From the NCBI RefSeq assembly GCF_902652985.1, contig NC_047016.1, forward strand, positions 26,412,001 through 26,476,000: a stretch of DNA of 64,000 nt, read 5' to 3'. The notes beneath the pieces are model-generated. The model made no database searches. It was not told the origin of the DNA and saw only the letters and a list, made by a program, of their open reading frames with translations. The DNA is from Pecten maximus. Lineage: Eukaryota. The position numbers and the translations under genes were made by a program. How positions within the stretch are numbered: position 1 is the stretch's first letter; each line of letters starts with the position of its first letter. Of this stretch, positions 26,401 through 41,400 are shown one piece after another.

Positions 26401-29400
26401 TACATTTTCCGACATGAAAGTCGAATGGACAGCATGCATTGTTCGACGTCATAAGAGCTAATTGATTTTGACGTAACAAGATGTCGAGTTGACGGTTTAC
26501 AAATTGTAAACAGCATACAGTGTAAATAATAAAAAAAACATCCCTCTTAGAACACACCTATTCATGTTAGGTGAACAGAGAAAATGGCTGATAAAGATTT
26601 TAAGTTTCTAATAGTCTCAGAAATCAACCGTGTCCAAGTTATTCTATTTGAATACTTTCATATGGACTCACATGGATAACAGTTTATAGAAAACAGTATC
26701 ATTGTATAATACTGGTATTAAGATGATTACCAGAAGTCGCCTGGTCTAGAACGTTCCATCTAAACTCGTCCTCTGTGTTTCATCTGCGGACACCGTTTTC
26801 CCCAACCTTTTCACGACTATACACCAATACCGAATTTAACTAAATGCTATCATAAAGACAAAACAAAAAAAAAAAAAAAATCTATTAATTTTCCAAACGT
26901 GTACATAAAAATTGCAAACAAACTGAGTCCGTTTAGGGTGGATTATATCAACATTATATGCTTAATAAACAAAGGGAATTTAGTGCGCATTATGAAAGCC
27001 TAAGGTCGTCTGTCGGCAGATTTAAGTAAAAAGACAATCTTGAGGAATATACTTTATGTCACCCGAGAAAATAATGACATATTAAGTGCAAAGTTATAAA
27101 GCATACCTCATGGAAAGAAACACAGTAGCTGATGTTTTTGTGCAGTGTTATATAAGTTATGTAAGGCAGGGCGGGTTTGATGGCTTCTCACTGATGAAAA
27201 AGGACTCAAAAATGAGAATTAATCTGTCGAGAGTTTGGCCCAATGTTGTGTGTTGTGGCTTGAGTTTAATTGCCCCATGACTGACGTTATGGCGTAAACG
27301 TCACTGTGAATGCCAGTCTGAAGTGTGCGGATTTTATTTACATACCTGTCTCTGCACAAAATGATGACGGCTAACACACCATGGGCGGTGGTGGCTCAAA
27401 TCCTTCTTTACCGCTTGATAGCCATTACGCCAACGCTATGTTGAATAAAATAGTTTACAATTAATCAAAGCTGGCATTTTGTTTTTGAATTTTGAATGGT
27501 CTCGTAGGATACTTCTGATCTTAAAAGACGCCAATACATCGTCGTTTCATAGAGAGATTCAACAAGGTCCAGGGCGATATATCAATGTATAATGACGGTA
27601 ACAACCTAGTGACTATATGACTTCTGGATACACGACTTTCATCAAAAATATTAGATTCACTATTATGAACATTTACATACGAAAGGTGGACTTTTTTGCA
27701 ATTTAACTGAATAAATGCTTCGGAGAGCGAAAATCTCATGGAATGTGTGTAACTTGATATGGATATTGATATTCTAGCTATATATTGCATCTACGAGTAA
27801 CGAGCAATGAGAAATACATGTTGTACATATAAAATATATATTGTACCACCAGATTACTATTAGAGATTTTAATAGTTATCTACATGGTACATATCAGTAA
27901 TGGAGAGCGAGCGGGCAGAAAATAGACTCAGATAGATATATGTTGATTCCATAGATTTAACACTACATAGGGACACTACTCCCTCCTTCTTTCTGTACTA
28001 TACACACCAGTTGCAGTACATAGGTTTAAATAAAAACAAATTGGGCTGGAAATTTTTCCCGGTGAATGTAATTTACGGATTACCTCAAAAAGTACAATAA
28101 ACGAATCACACTTTTGCTTTTATAAAGAATAACAAATTTGTTTTGATGTGACATAGTTTGTACGGAGTGACTACATTCCAACAGATATAGGGTAGGCAAG
28201 ACTTCTACTATGTAAAAGTTTAGTCAACTTAATCCGTCAGGAGAAAAAACGTTATCTGCATTGACATTTTACTCCGATTTCTTACATAAATTGAAGTCGT
28301 TTAATGCTTAAGTATGACGTTAATACAGACAAATAATAATTATCTTATCTACTATCAAAACGACTAAAAAACGTAATGTGTCATTTTAAAAGCATTCTCT
28401 TAAGTTGTGATAAATTTTCCGGATGGATCTACCGAAGCCTGAAATCTATTGGACGCCTGTTGCGAACTAGGAGATATGAAATAAGATCTTGTCGTTCTTA
28501 AAGTGAATAAAAGGATAAGCTAGGTGACAGCTTAACGAGGCTATGGTGCACTATTACACACTAGGCTCGCTATAAAACACCTTCTTTTTTACCTGTTAAC
28601 TCCCAGAAACACCTATCAACATATATTTGTCAAAAACGCACTTTACTTAAAACACTTCACGTCTAGTAGAAAGAATACATATTTTACGAAATTCACCAGA
28701 ACTGCCCGAAACACAAGATAGTAGAGGCCCCACACCATAGGACCCTACACAAGAGAATGTATGATCCGGCATATGGAGTAGAAACACAAATAAGATTAGG
28801 TTTCACTTAATAATTTTGACACGTTAGGAGTTTAACATGATTTAAGGTTCTAAAAAAGGAAATCACTTTAATAGACATATTGATGTTTCAATATGATTGA
28901 AAATCACATGTAAAAATCGTTTAATGTTACATACTGAAAAGAATATTCCTTGCTCATAAAAATCTTTGTTAAAATACAAAGTATAAGGACACATACGTGT
29001 GTTGCGTTATGCTATACTTGACGGCGAACGTTGGATTTTTTTTCACATATTTACCTGATAAATATTCATTAATATTAATAAGGGTATACAAATTACCCTC
29101 CGAGGTCATGATAATAAATTTCCATGCTGTGAACATTACAGATATTACCAGGGATAAGTATGACACACAACCATTTGTCATTTATTTCATGCAAAAGAAC
29201 GTATATGATAATATATGAATGTAAATAAAAAGTATACGTATACCTTATAGAGAAATAAATGTAACGTGTCTGTAAAAAGCTAATTCACGAAATACCACAC
29301 ACTCTAAATTAAATGATACGATTATAGATTAATTGAAATACAAAATCCTTATAGATAAAGAAGTATGCAAATTTGATTTTTAGTAAAAAAAAGTATGACC

Positions 29401-32400
29401 AGCTTCAGTTGTGAAATATGTAGATAACAAAAGAGTTTCCGAATGATCTTACCACTTATTTGTTTTTCAAAACACTAACTAAAATAAAAACAAGTAAACT
29501 TAAATATTCGAAGGTTTGAAACAAGAGACTGCGGTAAGAAATTATAATTGAATTGTCTACCCTAAAGGTCATATAAAACTGACTATACGGTCAAGGGAGG
29601 ATGACTGTGATACTACCCCATGCTTAGATTAAACTATGCAAGATATTACATTTGTGCTATCACTATGTTTGAATAACTCGTGTATGAAGTATATACATGC
29701 ATATGTCTGACTACAAACGAGACACAGGATGTCTATAACCAATACCCCTATTGGCAGATAACTGATCTTAAGTCAATAAATTGAAAGTGAATTCTTGTTG
29801 GATTACCGACAGTCAGATTTGATCTGACCGATTATAAAGACGATATTCTTTAACAAATATGTAAGGTAAATAGTCTGAAAGCTCTCTACCCCAATTACAT
29901 TTTTCTGTCGACCCCACTCGTTCATACTCATCGCCAAAAAGTCTGGAATCTGGACGTCAGTACAAGTTTATAATTTTTATTAGGCATTGTCAATTTTCGA
30001 ATATGTTGCTCGTTGAAGAAGTGTCGGTAATTTTTCTGAATTTTTGACAAGAACGTTATTGTACCATGCATTATACGTTTAATTTTAAGTAAGATGCAAT
30101 ACTTCTTTATTATATCATGAGCTGCGACCTCAGGAAACATCGCATCTACGTTTTCAATATAATACATTAATTGTCCCGATTATAAACGGATCAGCATGAT
30201 TTGATAGAAAAATCTTATCAACGTTCGAAGCCACCAACAAACGAAGACAACATTTGATGCGTCATCGAAGCCATAAATTACATCACTAAGTTGCCTAGCC
30301 AACCAATATCGGCGACATTGACCATGGAGACACTGCAATCAAGGAGTTCCCATTTCAAGTTTCTATTTTGGAAAATAATCTTTTTAGTCCAGTGAAAGTA
30401 TTTTCATTGATTTATTTTTTTTCTTTCTTAAACATGTTCTGGAAATCATGAAGAAAATGCTAAAACTTCGCACACAACAGTATAATAGTGTCAGTGAACA
30501 GTCACTTACACTTGTGATCTTTGTTTTAAATGCATTTATGCTGTACATGATGGTCAAAGATGGGGCCAATTCGTGTGAATAGTTAGAATTCCTAATATAT
30601 GTATTTGTGTCCACCATGTTCATATTTTATTATTAAGTGTTCTGACAAATACCTCGGGTAGAGAACGATAAATCTGGATAGTGTTAGGCTAATACTACTG
30701 TCTCCTTCAAGGTTTAAAAGTTCATAAGATCAGTTTTCTACGGCTGGGGACCATATTAGCTATATCGCTTAGACGGCAAGACACTTTATGGTACAAAATA
30801 TCAAGTCCATTTTATCTGGGAAAATCTTCAGTGTTTTATAGACTTTCTTCTGGATAAAGTTGAATTAAGTATCAAAGCACGGCTCAATAGCGAATAAAAC
30901 ATCAAAGTAAAGAACCGAACAGAATGATAAGTCGTAAAACTTTACCTTAAACCAACCAACCCAGGTTGTACAATTTGATATAACGACGTCGGGCGCTAGA
31001 GGAAGGGATTCCCGATATCTAGGACATGCGATTGTTTATTATCATTAAATTGGGGGAAATAAATTGAAAAGGAAGTGGTGTTAAAATCCATCTGATTGAT
31101 TCCGTTATCGATTTTCTTTAGCTTTTGTCTGGGGTTTTAGCGGAGTTATCAATGAGGGTTTTTTATGTGTTCGTATGTGGGCGTGGTGTTGTTGAACCAT
31201 AAGTCCTCGTCTGATTGAAATGCGTTATACAGCCGCGTTGTAATGTGTTACGTATATTGAGGTAAGTCTGCCGCCACGGTTAATTCTTTACAACCTTTTC
31301 CCATAGATTGCATTCCGCTAAAGGAATTGACAAAAGCGATGTAAATAAACACTTTCTGTTCCGTTATAGGGCACCCTTTCTTATATTAGGGAAGCGGTTG
31401 TGTAAATAGATCTTGAACTGGAAATGAGGAGAGAAGGTGAGGGGATCATTCTATGTTTTCATGTATAGATAATGGATATATCATACATATGTTGGACATC
31501 AATAAAAGAACGTTTCATACAAAAAACAGATCACCTCGTCCTCATTCATCAACAAAAATCACTTGACAACAGGGGATTAAATATTCAACACAATAAACCA
31601 GAACACAGTGTCAAAACGTTCTACTTCCCAAGATAATGGCGCTCTGATTTACATTTATAATGATTTTATCTCCATTTGAAGAATGACACAATCTATGAAC
31701 TGCTGTGAGGCTGTATCGACATGTCAAAAAACTGGACTGGCAAGATGGTATTTTACACTAAAAGTCGGTAACAATACCCAGACATGATAACATCAAGTAT
31801 TGTTAGTTTACATACAGGAAAGTTCATTATGGCCTGAAATTACTTCAATTTTACACTTCTTTTTAACATCTAAGCTTTAGATATGAACGATGTTGCATAA
31901 CATGTGTTACAACTAAAAGATAAATCAGTATGAATTAATTACGAAACCTATTGGTGAATCGAAACACCTCTATATTGAGGATATTAGACTAACCAGGATA
32001 TTGGCCCAATGTTAAGGCCTGTGTCTGTTTTTCTTTATGATCTGTGTCAACTTGCCCTTGCTGTAAATTAAACCACGGGGTTCTCAGCTCTGACCATTGT
32101 AAGACCCTCTTTTTTACATTTCGGTAACTGATCTTAATTTATCATAACTGACATTCTCTGTCAGTACTGTCAACATAATAAAGAAATATTTGTATTAATT
32201 TAATAATTATACAAATATCCGATTAAATCCTAAATAATTGATTTCCATTTTCTACTGAACACATTCAAATGCCACTTTATGATAGAATGATGAAAATTAA
32301 ATGTATCTAAATTGTTATATTACTACTAGTGTCCAGGAGATGATTTTTCGATTATTGGTATTAGAATAGGTCCCAAACCTAGCAAGGTGAATTTCAGCAA

Positions 32401-35400
32401 CAGTGTACCTGATTGTCTTGGTATTTAATAATTAATTGATTGAATACTGTGTACGATGACTGACGTATATCACTGACATCTATGACGTGTGTTATTATGT
32501 GTAACCGTATGTTGCCCTCTAGTACACCTGATCACGGTAACTTTTATTGGGGATTCAGACCGTCCTTCTTTGTTGTTGTTTCGCCTGTCCCTCTAGTTCG
32601 CTGTGTTGCTGTTCCTCGGTTCTGATAGATTTGTGATTTTGTTTTGGTGGCTCAACGCTTCCTCTTCCGTTGTTTTCACTTTTGCCCTTACGTCTTGGGT
32701 TCCTGTTGTCGATTTTTCCTTTAGATTTCTACTTCTTTTATCTCCTTCTAAGTATCAGTTCCTACCGCTGTTTGATATTTAAATGTCCGTTCTTTTTGTT
32801 ATGTCTCTCCTTTTGTTTTAACGTCCGGTTCTGATGTTGCTTCTCTCATAATATGGTCGTGTCCCCTTCAGTCATTGTATTGTCGCCATGACGTCATGGT
32901 TTTGTTGACGTGACGACATGCAATTGTTGAGAACGTGCAAAGAGCTCGTGTAGTTTATCTTAACACTAGGGTGAGATAAGACAATATCACGCCGGTAAAA
33001 TTGTGTATTTCCCTGTCCAGGGTAAGAGATATGGACAACTTACTCATTTACATATATTTTATTATTCCTTCTCTCTTACATTTAGTTATACTTAGATCAT
33101 CGCCATCTCAATAATCTGAAGACGTTTTACTCGTTTGTAGACAGTGGGTCAAGTGAAGGGCAACTGTAACGACGAGAAGGACACCTACAAAGAGGAAAAC
33201 CCTTAGATAGTAAATTGGTCGTGAAAATAAGAGCTTGCATTATAACAATTAATTCAATATCCTATTTCAGGAATCAAATTCAAACGTGTAATTTGTTGGC
33301 TGAATAGGAACAACTAGAAGACGAAAATTTCCGCCAATGTCTGCAGTCAGTCGTAGCGAGAATGTTAGTCTTGAAATTCTAACCATGGGTGATTTTAAAG
33401 AATTCGATTCTGTTTCTCGTTTGAACAAAAGCAAAACAACTGTGTGCATTCGAGGCAACCATATTGTATGTCAAAGTTCATAGAAGATTCTAAAACACAG
33501 ACCCGTAAATTATGTCCGGACATTATTTCCGGGTGTCATTCTGCAAGTTCGTATATCATGGTCAACGATTGGATGACCTGACAAATATCAGTGCGTGTCC
33601 GGTGTAGGCATTGTGGGAGTATTATTTATAGCCAGGGTCTTATATGAGAACTACTTTTACGATCGGAGGAACACCTTGTACATAGTGTAACTAAAGAGGC
33701 GTGACGGGGCTTTTAGACGTTTTTATGACCCCGTGGCTATCGTTACGGTTGACATGTACCATTTATAGAATGACACGGAATCTACATGTGTAATTTGTTT
33801 TAGTAGTGTTACATAGTGATAATTACCTATAATTACCATTAATGATGACAGGAACAAGTAATGTTATTAGTGCTTAATTGAAGTTAATGGTTTAACATAT
33901 GCAAACAAACCATGCAATTTATTCGTACGTAACACTATCAGTTTATGACTTTAATCCTTTGATTTGTTAACCATTTTCTAATTAGTTGTTCGACAAATAG
34001 ACTGACAGCGAAGATGACATATTTGATACAGAAATTTGATTGTGATAAGAAGCACACTATTGCATGATATTGATACTAATAAGGGTTGCTACTGATATCA
34101 AACTGATCACTTTAACATGTTCCATTTAATGGGAACCTGTTCTATGGAAACCCATATTATGTCACATAATTTGTAATACAACATAGACGCTTTGTTTTCG
34201 TTATTTTCACAAATGTTAAAAATCTTAACATATTCAAAAAAACAAAAGCATCTGATGATCAATACCTAACGGGTTATTTCACTACTATATGTACACGATG
34301 ACAATGAATAAAACCTCAAGACATAATCAAGATTTTAGTTTCTGTTAATTTCTGGAAAAAAACTTACCGAGACCATATATGCAATAATTTCACAACGGTA
34401 AACTTTTAAAGTTACATGTTCATTGTTTTGTCGTGAAAGTCTTTCAAGATATCAACAGTTGTTTTGCCCAAGTAAACAAGTTTAATATGGTCTATCACAA
34501 TTTACTTCCGTCTGCGTTTTTAGGGGTATTACCCAATAATAGTGAGAAAACTTATTAAGCTATACACATGTACTTTAATATTTTGAGTACGACGATATAA
34601 GTGTGAATGAATGGGTTTAAGTGTTCTATACGCTATATGTAGATCCGTTAATTTATTTCGCGTATCTCTTTATGATTAATTGAGCGCCCTCTGGAATGTC
34701 AAAGTGTTATAAATATGTGTGTTATTAGTCTAGGGTTCGTCACAATTATTTCAGGATGACTTGAGAATGAATTAGTGCATATACATTATTTGGGAGTGTC
34801 TCTCGATTAAACTCTCTGATTCTCAACTACACAATTATATTGTTCATTCATGATCTGTCCTAATTAAACGAGACATATTTAAAGCTTTTACAACATAATT
34901 TCTGTTTTATATTAAACATGATTTATAAGAAAGTGTCCTCATTCCACTCGACAGCTATACATGTATAGTAAATGAATCATAAATCAACATAAACCTCCGT
35001 AATATAGAAACTTTGTACATTGTATCAGTCCTACACGTATGGTTGTATCCTGGTATCTATGTAGATATATACAAGTGCTGTATTGGAGATTGTCTTCCGA
35101 AAAACATATACATTTTTTGTCCACTCCCATTGCTAAATAGTCAAAACTATCGTGCTTCAATCAAATCATATCATATACTGTTATGTTAAATGTACTATCA
35201 AAGAACTAGCAGCCCTGACCTTGTTTCCTTTATCATTTGGAAAATATGAAGATAATTATGTGTATTAGTGACGTTTATTACCGGATAATTATTTCAGTAT
35301 CTTAAAGCTACATTTCACTCTTAAAGCTACTTTTAGTTATACTATCTAGCGACTAGTATTTACGTATGTCTACGACAAGTTTGAAAATTATTTCTATGGA

Positions 35401-38400
35401 ACAACATACATTTACCTGAAACCCAGATTTGCCTGCTAAACGTGTTATTCATATAGCCGTGTGCTCACACGCATTATAAGGAACCTGGCATCCTCAGTAG
35501 TTGTTATATGAAGATCAACAGCACCGTCATACATCTCCTCCATTCAAAATAAACTCGTCCTATTAATAAATTACGCATAAATCTTACCATTCCTATTACT
35601 GTGTCATCCCGCTGATGTTTCCTTTTTGATGCTGAGATCCATTAGGTGTTAGTGGCCCACGTAAGATTTATAGATACTTGTTATATCAATTATATAGGTA
35701 TTAATGGTAATTTCTACATACATAATAGTAACATTATGTTTTGTAACTTTATTATCCCATGTTAACGCAGAACGATGTCTGTTTCACTGATCAAACATTT
35801 TATGGTAAATGTGTCACTGTGGGTCACACTATAAGTATCTGTGTATTACTCTTTTTATGATATCATACGTTCTTTTTGTGGCTAGTCTTTCCATTATGCT
35901 ATATTGTGAACCATGCTATATAGGTATACGTTCTTATAAAGTGTGCTTATTACAAATAATTCACAATTTATTTATTTGATATCTTCTTTTCTTCTAGAAA
36001 CGAAGCAATTTGAAATGTTGTATTGGTGTTAAAATTTACATATATAACATGTGAAGTTTAATGTGCTCATTTTGCACGTGATGTTTAAATCTGTAGCGGT
36101 CAGTCATGGCAATCTTTACGTACTCTTGGTTAACTTATGAAGTAATATTATCCTAGACTCGACAAAATAGTTTACCCTGAGGGCCGTTATGTCACAAACG
36201 ATTCGAGTTCGGTCCATGCTAATTCCATTTCTAATGTGACGTTCTTATTTGAAGCTATAGATTTGCTTTAGGCTAAGCATATGGCATCGGAGTATTTTTT
36301 GTGTTTTTGCTGCTTGATAGTTCATAGATTTCTGTGAAACATTGATTTTCTAAAGACAACTTTTCTTAAGCTGTATATACATTTGGTAAGTACTTCATTG
36401 AAGAGTACCTAACACTATTAATTCACATCAGAGCAGCTAAGCGCTTTCGGAAAACGATTTCAAGTTTCAATTTTGTTACTGGCGTGAAGATTAAGCAAAC
36501 ACAAACTTTAAAGTAAGGCTTGCCTGCACGACAAAGGATCCCTATCTATATACAAACCTAACCCAATCGTATTCTTCAAGCAGAGTTTGTTTACAGATGT
36601 TTGTACTTTTGAGGATTGTGCATGCAAGCTTAAGTGTTTTCTTTTAGCTACTTATACTTTTATAATCACAGTTTTACAATTGTCACAGGAAAGTTGGATT
36701 AAGGTAACAAAAGAGCCTTTATCGACTATCTAACAACGGCTACTTTCTTTCCTCAGCAACGAGTTTCCAAATGGATCTAAGTAAACACATCTTGGTTTTT
36801 TCCCGAACATTACAGAACACAGAAAGAAAGAAAAGTCTACGACAATAAATCTAAAAAATAGATTAAAAGATAAATGCAGATATCGGCTCGGTAGGGGATC
36901 GCAATGATTTAATTGAAAGATATTTGTGATTAATCTGGAAGATAAGATGTATATAGGGTCTCCCGCGCGGACTAAAGCTCGTTAATGGAATGAAGGTTAT
37001 AAATTTGGATATTTGTTATGAATGGATTTTAAAATGACGCACCTCCTCGTCAACATAAGGTGGTAGCTTAAGTCGATCTTAAACCGGTAATTGACCGGTA
37101 TTGAAGTTTATTTGGACAATCTGATTGCTCCCTTTCAAACATTTAACATAAATGGCAGTTCCCTTTTAACCTTGATCAACATTCTTTCTGATAGCTTTCT
37201 TTCGTAAATGACGAGATGTTTTAGGGATATGTATTTTATTTTACATTCTATCTGGTAAATTTCTGTTAAAAACATGTTTTTTTTTTATAAAACACTGGCT
37301 GATCTCTTAATTATATAATATGTTAATTGTGATTATAGGTTTTGTCTACTAATCAAACGGGAGCCTCAGTAAAAATATGGGGCCTACATTACAGGTCCCA
37401 CCAGGCACCAGACCGATTATAAAGACATTAATCCCGATACAATCTATGAAAATAAAGTACACGCTAACCCAGTATTGTTTAAAGCGTGTCTTCTAATCAA
37501 GAAACCCGTGTCAGTACTAAGTTAATTACCTTGATGTTAATGAACATTTCAACATGAGGTGAATAATGCGTCAACATATATCAATCACCTCTTAATTAGG
37601 TTACAGTTTACCTCGCATTTATGTCATTACTACTCAACCGTAATTATCGATTTAATTTGAAAATGGTCTGTTTTCATTGTTTAATTTAGTGTTATTCATT
37701 CATTAGACGTGGCGTTATAATGTAATCATAAGTCTTTACGGTGACAATAAAGTAGATATCACTCTGCTGCCATGGTTAACTCGATCTGCAATGTGTTCAT
37801 ACTATATCCACAATTCAGCGAGTAAAATAACCAATAACAAGCAATTATAATTATCATTTGTGAATAGCTGTCCTGATGATTGCTACATCGCAATATTTTG
37901 GTTGGAAATAGGCTGTAAACGTCACACATATCTTAATAAAATGAAATATATACAGAAACTCTTGGTGAATAAAAATTACAATGTGTATTCATTCTCTATT
38001 TATTTTTTCATATCTTTTCACTCGTGCTGCAGCACACTCTTAAAATACATAAATTGTAGAAGTATTAACGCCACTCATGAAATTTAACTGTAATTCATCC
38101 AGAAACTAAGCCTAGCATTCATGTATTTTGTAACACCAAAGCAAAAACCATTACCGTATGTCATAAAGATGTCACTGTCTATTTATAAAATTGAAATGAA
38201 ATAACTGCCTTTTCATCATTCCGTATTTTCACCAGCTTTAGAAGATGCTATGTTATGTCATCGTGTATAATAAGTGGTGTTAAGTACGCAGATCAATTGT
38301 GATGAGTAAACATTAGGTTCGATAAAAGGAAACCTAATTGGAAACTTGCCAAATTGTGAAGGTGACTTTCTTGACACTCTAAGCTAAACGATTCTTTATC

Positions 38401-41400
38401 ATTATATACACTGATCCTTGATGGTACTCGTTTTCAATTCATACGTTTCAGAGATAAATTCATAAACACGCTGTTTCATAGTATCCTATTAATATTGTGA
38501 CGATAAGTGTAAAATGAACCAAAGTATTGACACTTTCGAGCATTTGAAACAACTTCAAATATCTCCGAAACCCAATTTTTAGTAAATGCATTCAACATGC
38601 ACTTGATAGCGTATCAGAACAAATATTGATACTCTTAAGTTCTAGTTACGATATACAAACAACTTATTCCGTGTAGACGACATCGCCCGTCTGATCACCA
38701 ACAGCACGCGTATGACATGTTGTAACAGTACAGGTTGTCTTATCGACTGTCTGAATGTAAGGCGATAGCTTTCATACATCAGAATTACTGGGTATACCGA
38801 CGGAGGGCTACCTCGATCACATAGGCTCCGCTTTCTGGTAGCATGTAAATATTATTTCCAAAATTTTCAATTTATAGATTACGCATTTTTTTCTGACCGG
38901 TTTCACTGGAGCAAGTTTGGGGAAATGGGGAGATGGAATGAAATGAAATTGGTCTAAATTTGACCCTCACTGAACCTTTTCCTCTATATTTTTTATAGAA
39001 TGGTTATTATTTTTGTATTTATGTTAAATCTATATGTAATTATGCTTTATGATTTTAGTCATTAATATGCTTGGTAGTTCATTAATCGTGAGGACGGTAC
39101 ATTCCATGTGTTTACGCTAGACTGATATGTCGTGTTATGTCGCTTACCATTCGGAAACACATGGTCTTTATGTCCTTGAATATTTCCAGAGTCGCAAATA
39201 TAAATATTTTGTCTTTGTTCTTTTATTGCCACACTTTCGTCGTAGTTAGGTACATTTCTATGGAAAGCATCTAGTAACCTCCGCATGTTTCAATTAAAGA
39301 AATAAAGGATCAAACCAGTCCTAACCTATAATCAATTCCACTTACAAAATCATCATCTGTGTCAACAACTGTCTATAGTATCTTCGATCATAAAAATATT
39401 AATATAATATTAATAATCTATTTGGGCTATATCCAAAGGAGGGAACTGGTACCTTATCACTGATGAAGAGGATCTACGCCTTAAGACCTAGTCAGGAGAT
39501 AACGTTGACTGTTGACGCCAAAGAAACAAGTATTTTGTGTATGCACATACCCCAGATAGAATACTACCACAACCTCTGATCCACTGACATGTTCTTCCAA
39601 TATATAGAGTTGTTCCGTCCTTAAACTACCCCTCTATCAAGAAACATTCTAAAATATCAAAATATCATGTTTTAATTTCAACAATATGTCTTCCCTTAGA
39701 GTAGATAAATCCATAAATCTGTTAGGAAATCCGAAAGTTATGGATAGGTTGCTATGAAGCCCTTAGATTTGGACGAACGTAGAATTCCTTTCTTAACCTA
39801 CGGCTCGAAGGGGCAGTAAAACCTTATTCCTCGTGGCTCTTGATGCATATTTTACACTTTGACACACCCACTTCGAAATGAAAAGAGCTCTTTAGTAGCC
39901 AGAAATCATAAAAGTACGAATTTTAATACGAAGGCTCAAATGTCTTATAACTTGTTAAGGAAATGTATACGCCCCTCTGAAAGATACAGTGTTTCTGTGA
40001 GATTTCCATCTCTTATAAATAACGATTTATAACCGTTTGGGGTATCATGTATGTAGTTCCTTCAAAGAAACAGAAAACTGTCAGTGTCCTAAACGAAACT
40101 AAATGATGAGGACGCCCTCAAACGAGAATGTATACTACAGTTCTGTGGATTCCACATTACTCCTCACACACTCCGATTACAAGTTCTTATGCACTCTTTT
40201 GTAATTTGAGGTAGTAAATTAGGGGAAATGTGGCATTACATTGGACGACAGCCTGAAAGCAACATTACACAGCAGTGAAATAGATAACTTCAACTCACCT
40301 ATATACCATACATATATACACAAATTCGTATAATATCTTGATAAAAATCGTAAGTATGAATTAAATGATAAGTGGTAGATACAACACAAATATATTCGAA
40401 CAAAAAAGTTCAATCTTCAGCAACAGATGTTGCGAAAATTTGGCGTAATGATGTTTACTTCCAGTATATTGTCATAAAGTGATGTCTGATACAATCTGAC
40501 ATAAATGATACATCATATGTACATCTGTGCGAGCATTAAACATTAAACATGCTATCATATCTATAATAAAACTACACAGTCAAGATTGTATCGAATCCAT
40601 AACACGTGTTGTCATTTGTGAGTAAAATTGCACATACAGTTCATATTGTATCTTTAAGGAACCCATTAAGCCTCTGTTGGTACATACGGATAGTTTACAT
40701 CACAATTATGGGAGTCATAAGGTAAATTTAGCATGGGAACTAGAGTCTTGATGAATTCACTCATCGTTGCCGTAATGATATATCTTGTTTCAAACTTGTT
40801 GTGTGTACACATTGCTTTGCTAAACAGTTTAATAATAAACGTGAAAAGCTTATGAAAGATGAACTGTTTTGCCGTGTTTGTCAAGAAAACCGCGATTCTC
40901 ATACATCAAAGTAAAGAGCTATAGATATCTGACAGTTTCGTATCCATGACTTTGCAAGCTTGGTTTTCTTAGCACAAAATCTACGTATTCGAATTTTCAT
41001 CTTCATTTAAATTGATCATGCAGAAATTAATAAAAATGCGACATGTCTTTTTATCTACGCAATAACAAAATAAGAGAAAATGACAAAAAAAACCCATCAA
41101 ATTGTATAAGAAAATTATAACAAGCCTTCACTTATTAAGCTATCAATACCGTTCTAATTTAGCTCTTGTGGGTAAACAATCCCTATAGGAACTAAAGCTG
41201 ATACGGTAGGGGCCGGGGTACCGCGGTATTCGCGGTATCTTAATGGCGGCGCTATTGTCTTCGCTATCTTGTTAACTACGCGGATACATGCTGATAGATC
41301 GGCAATTCTCGACGTCTCACTGCACTTACTGAATACAGTATGAATACCGGAAAGATACCCGTTCAAGCGTCTCGTTGATAGGATTCAAGACTTTAAATGA

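Noticed and set aside
26780-26880. Possible retroposon 3' end before an A16 run
   Set aside because: Only vague similarity to a SINE body and no target-site duplication found.
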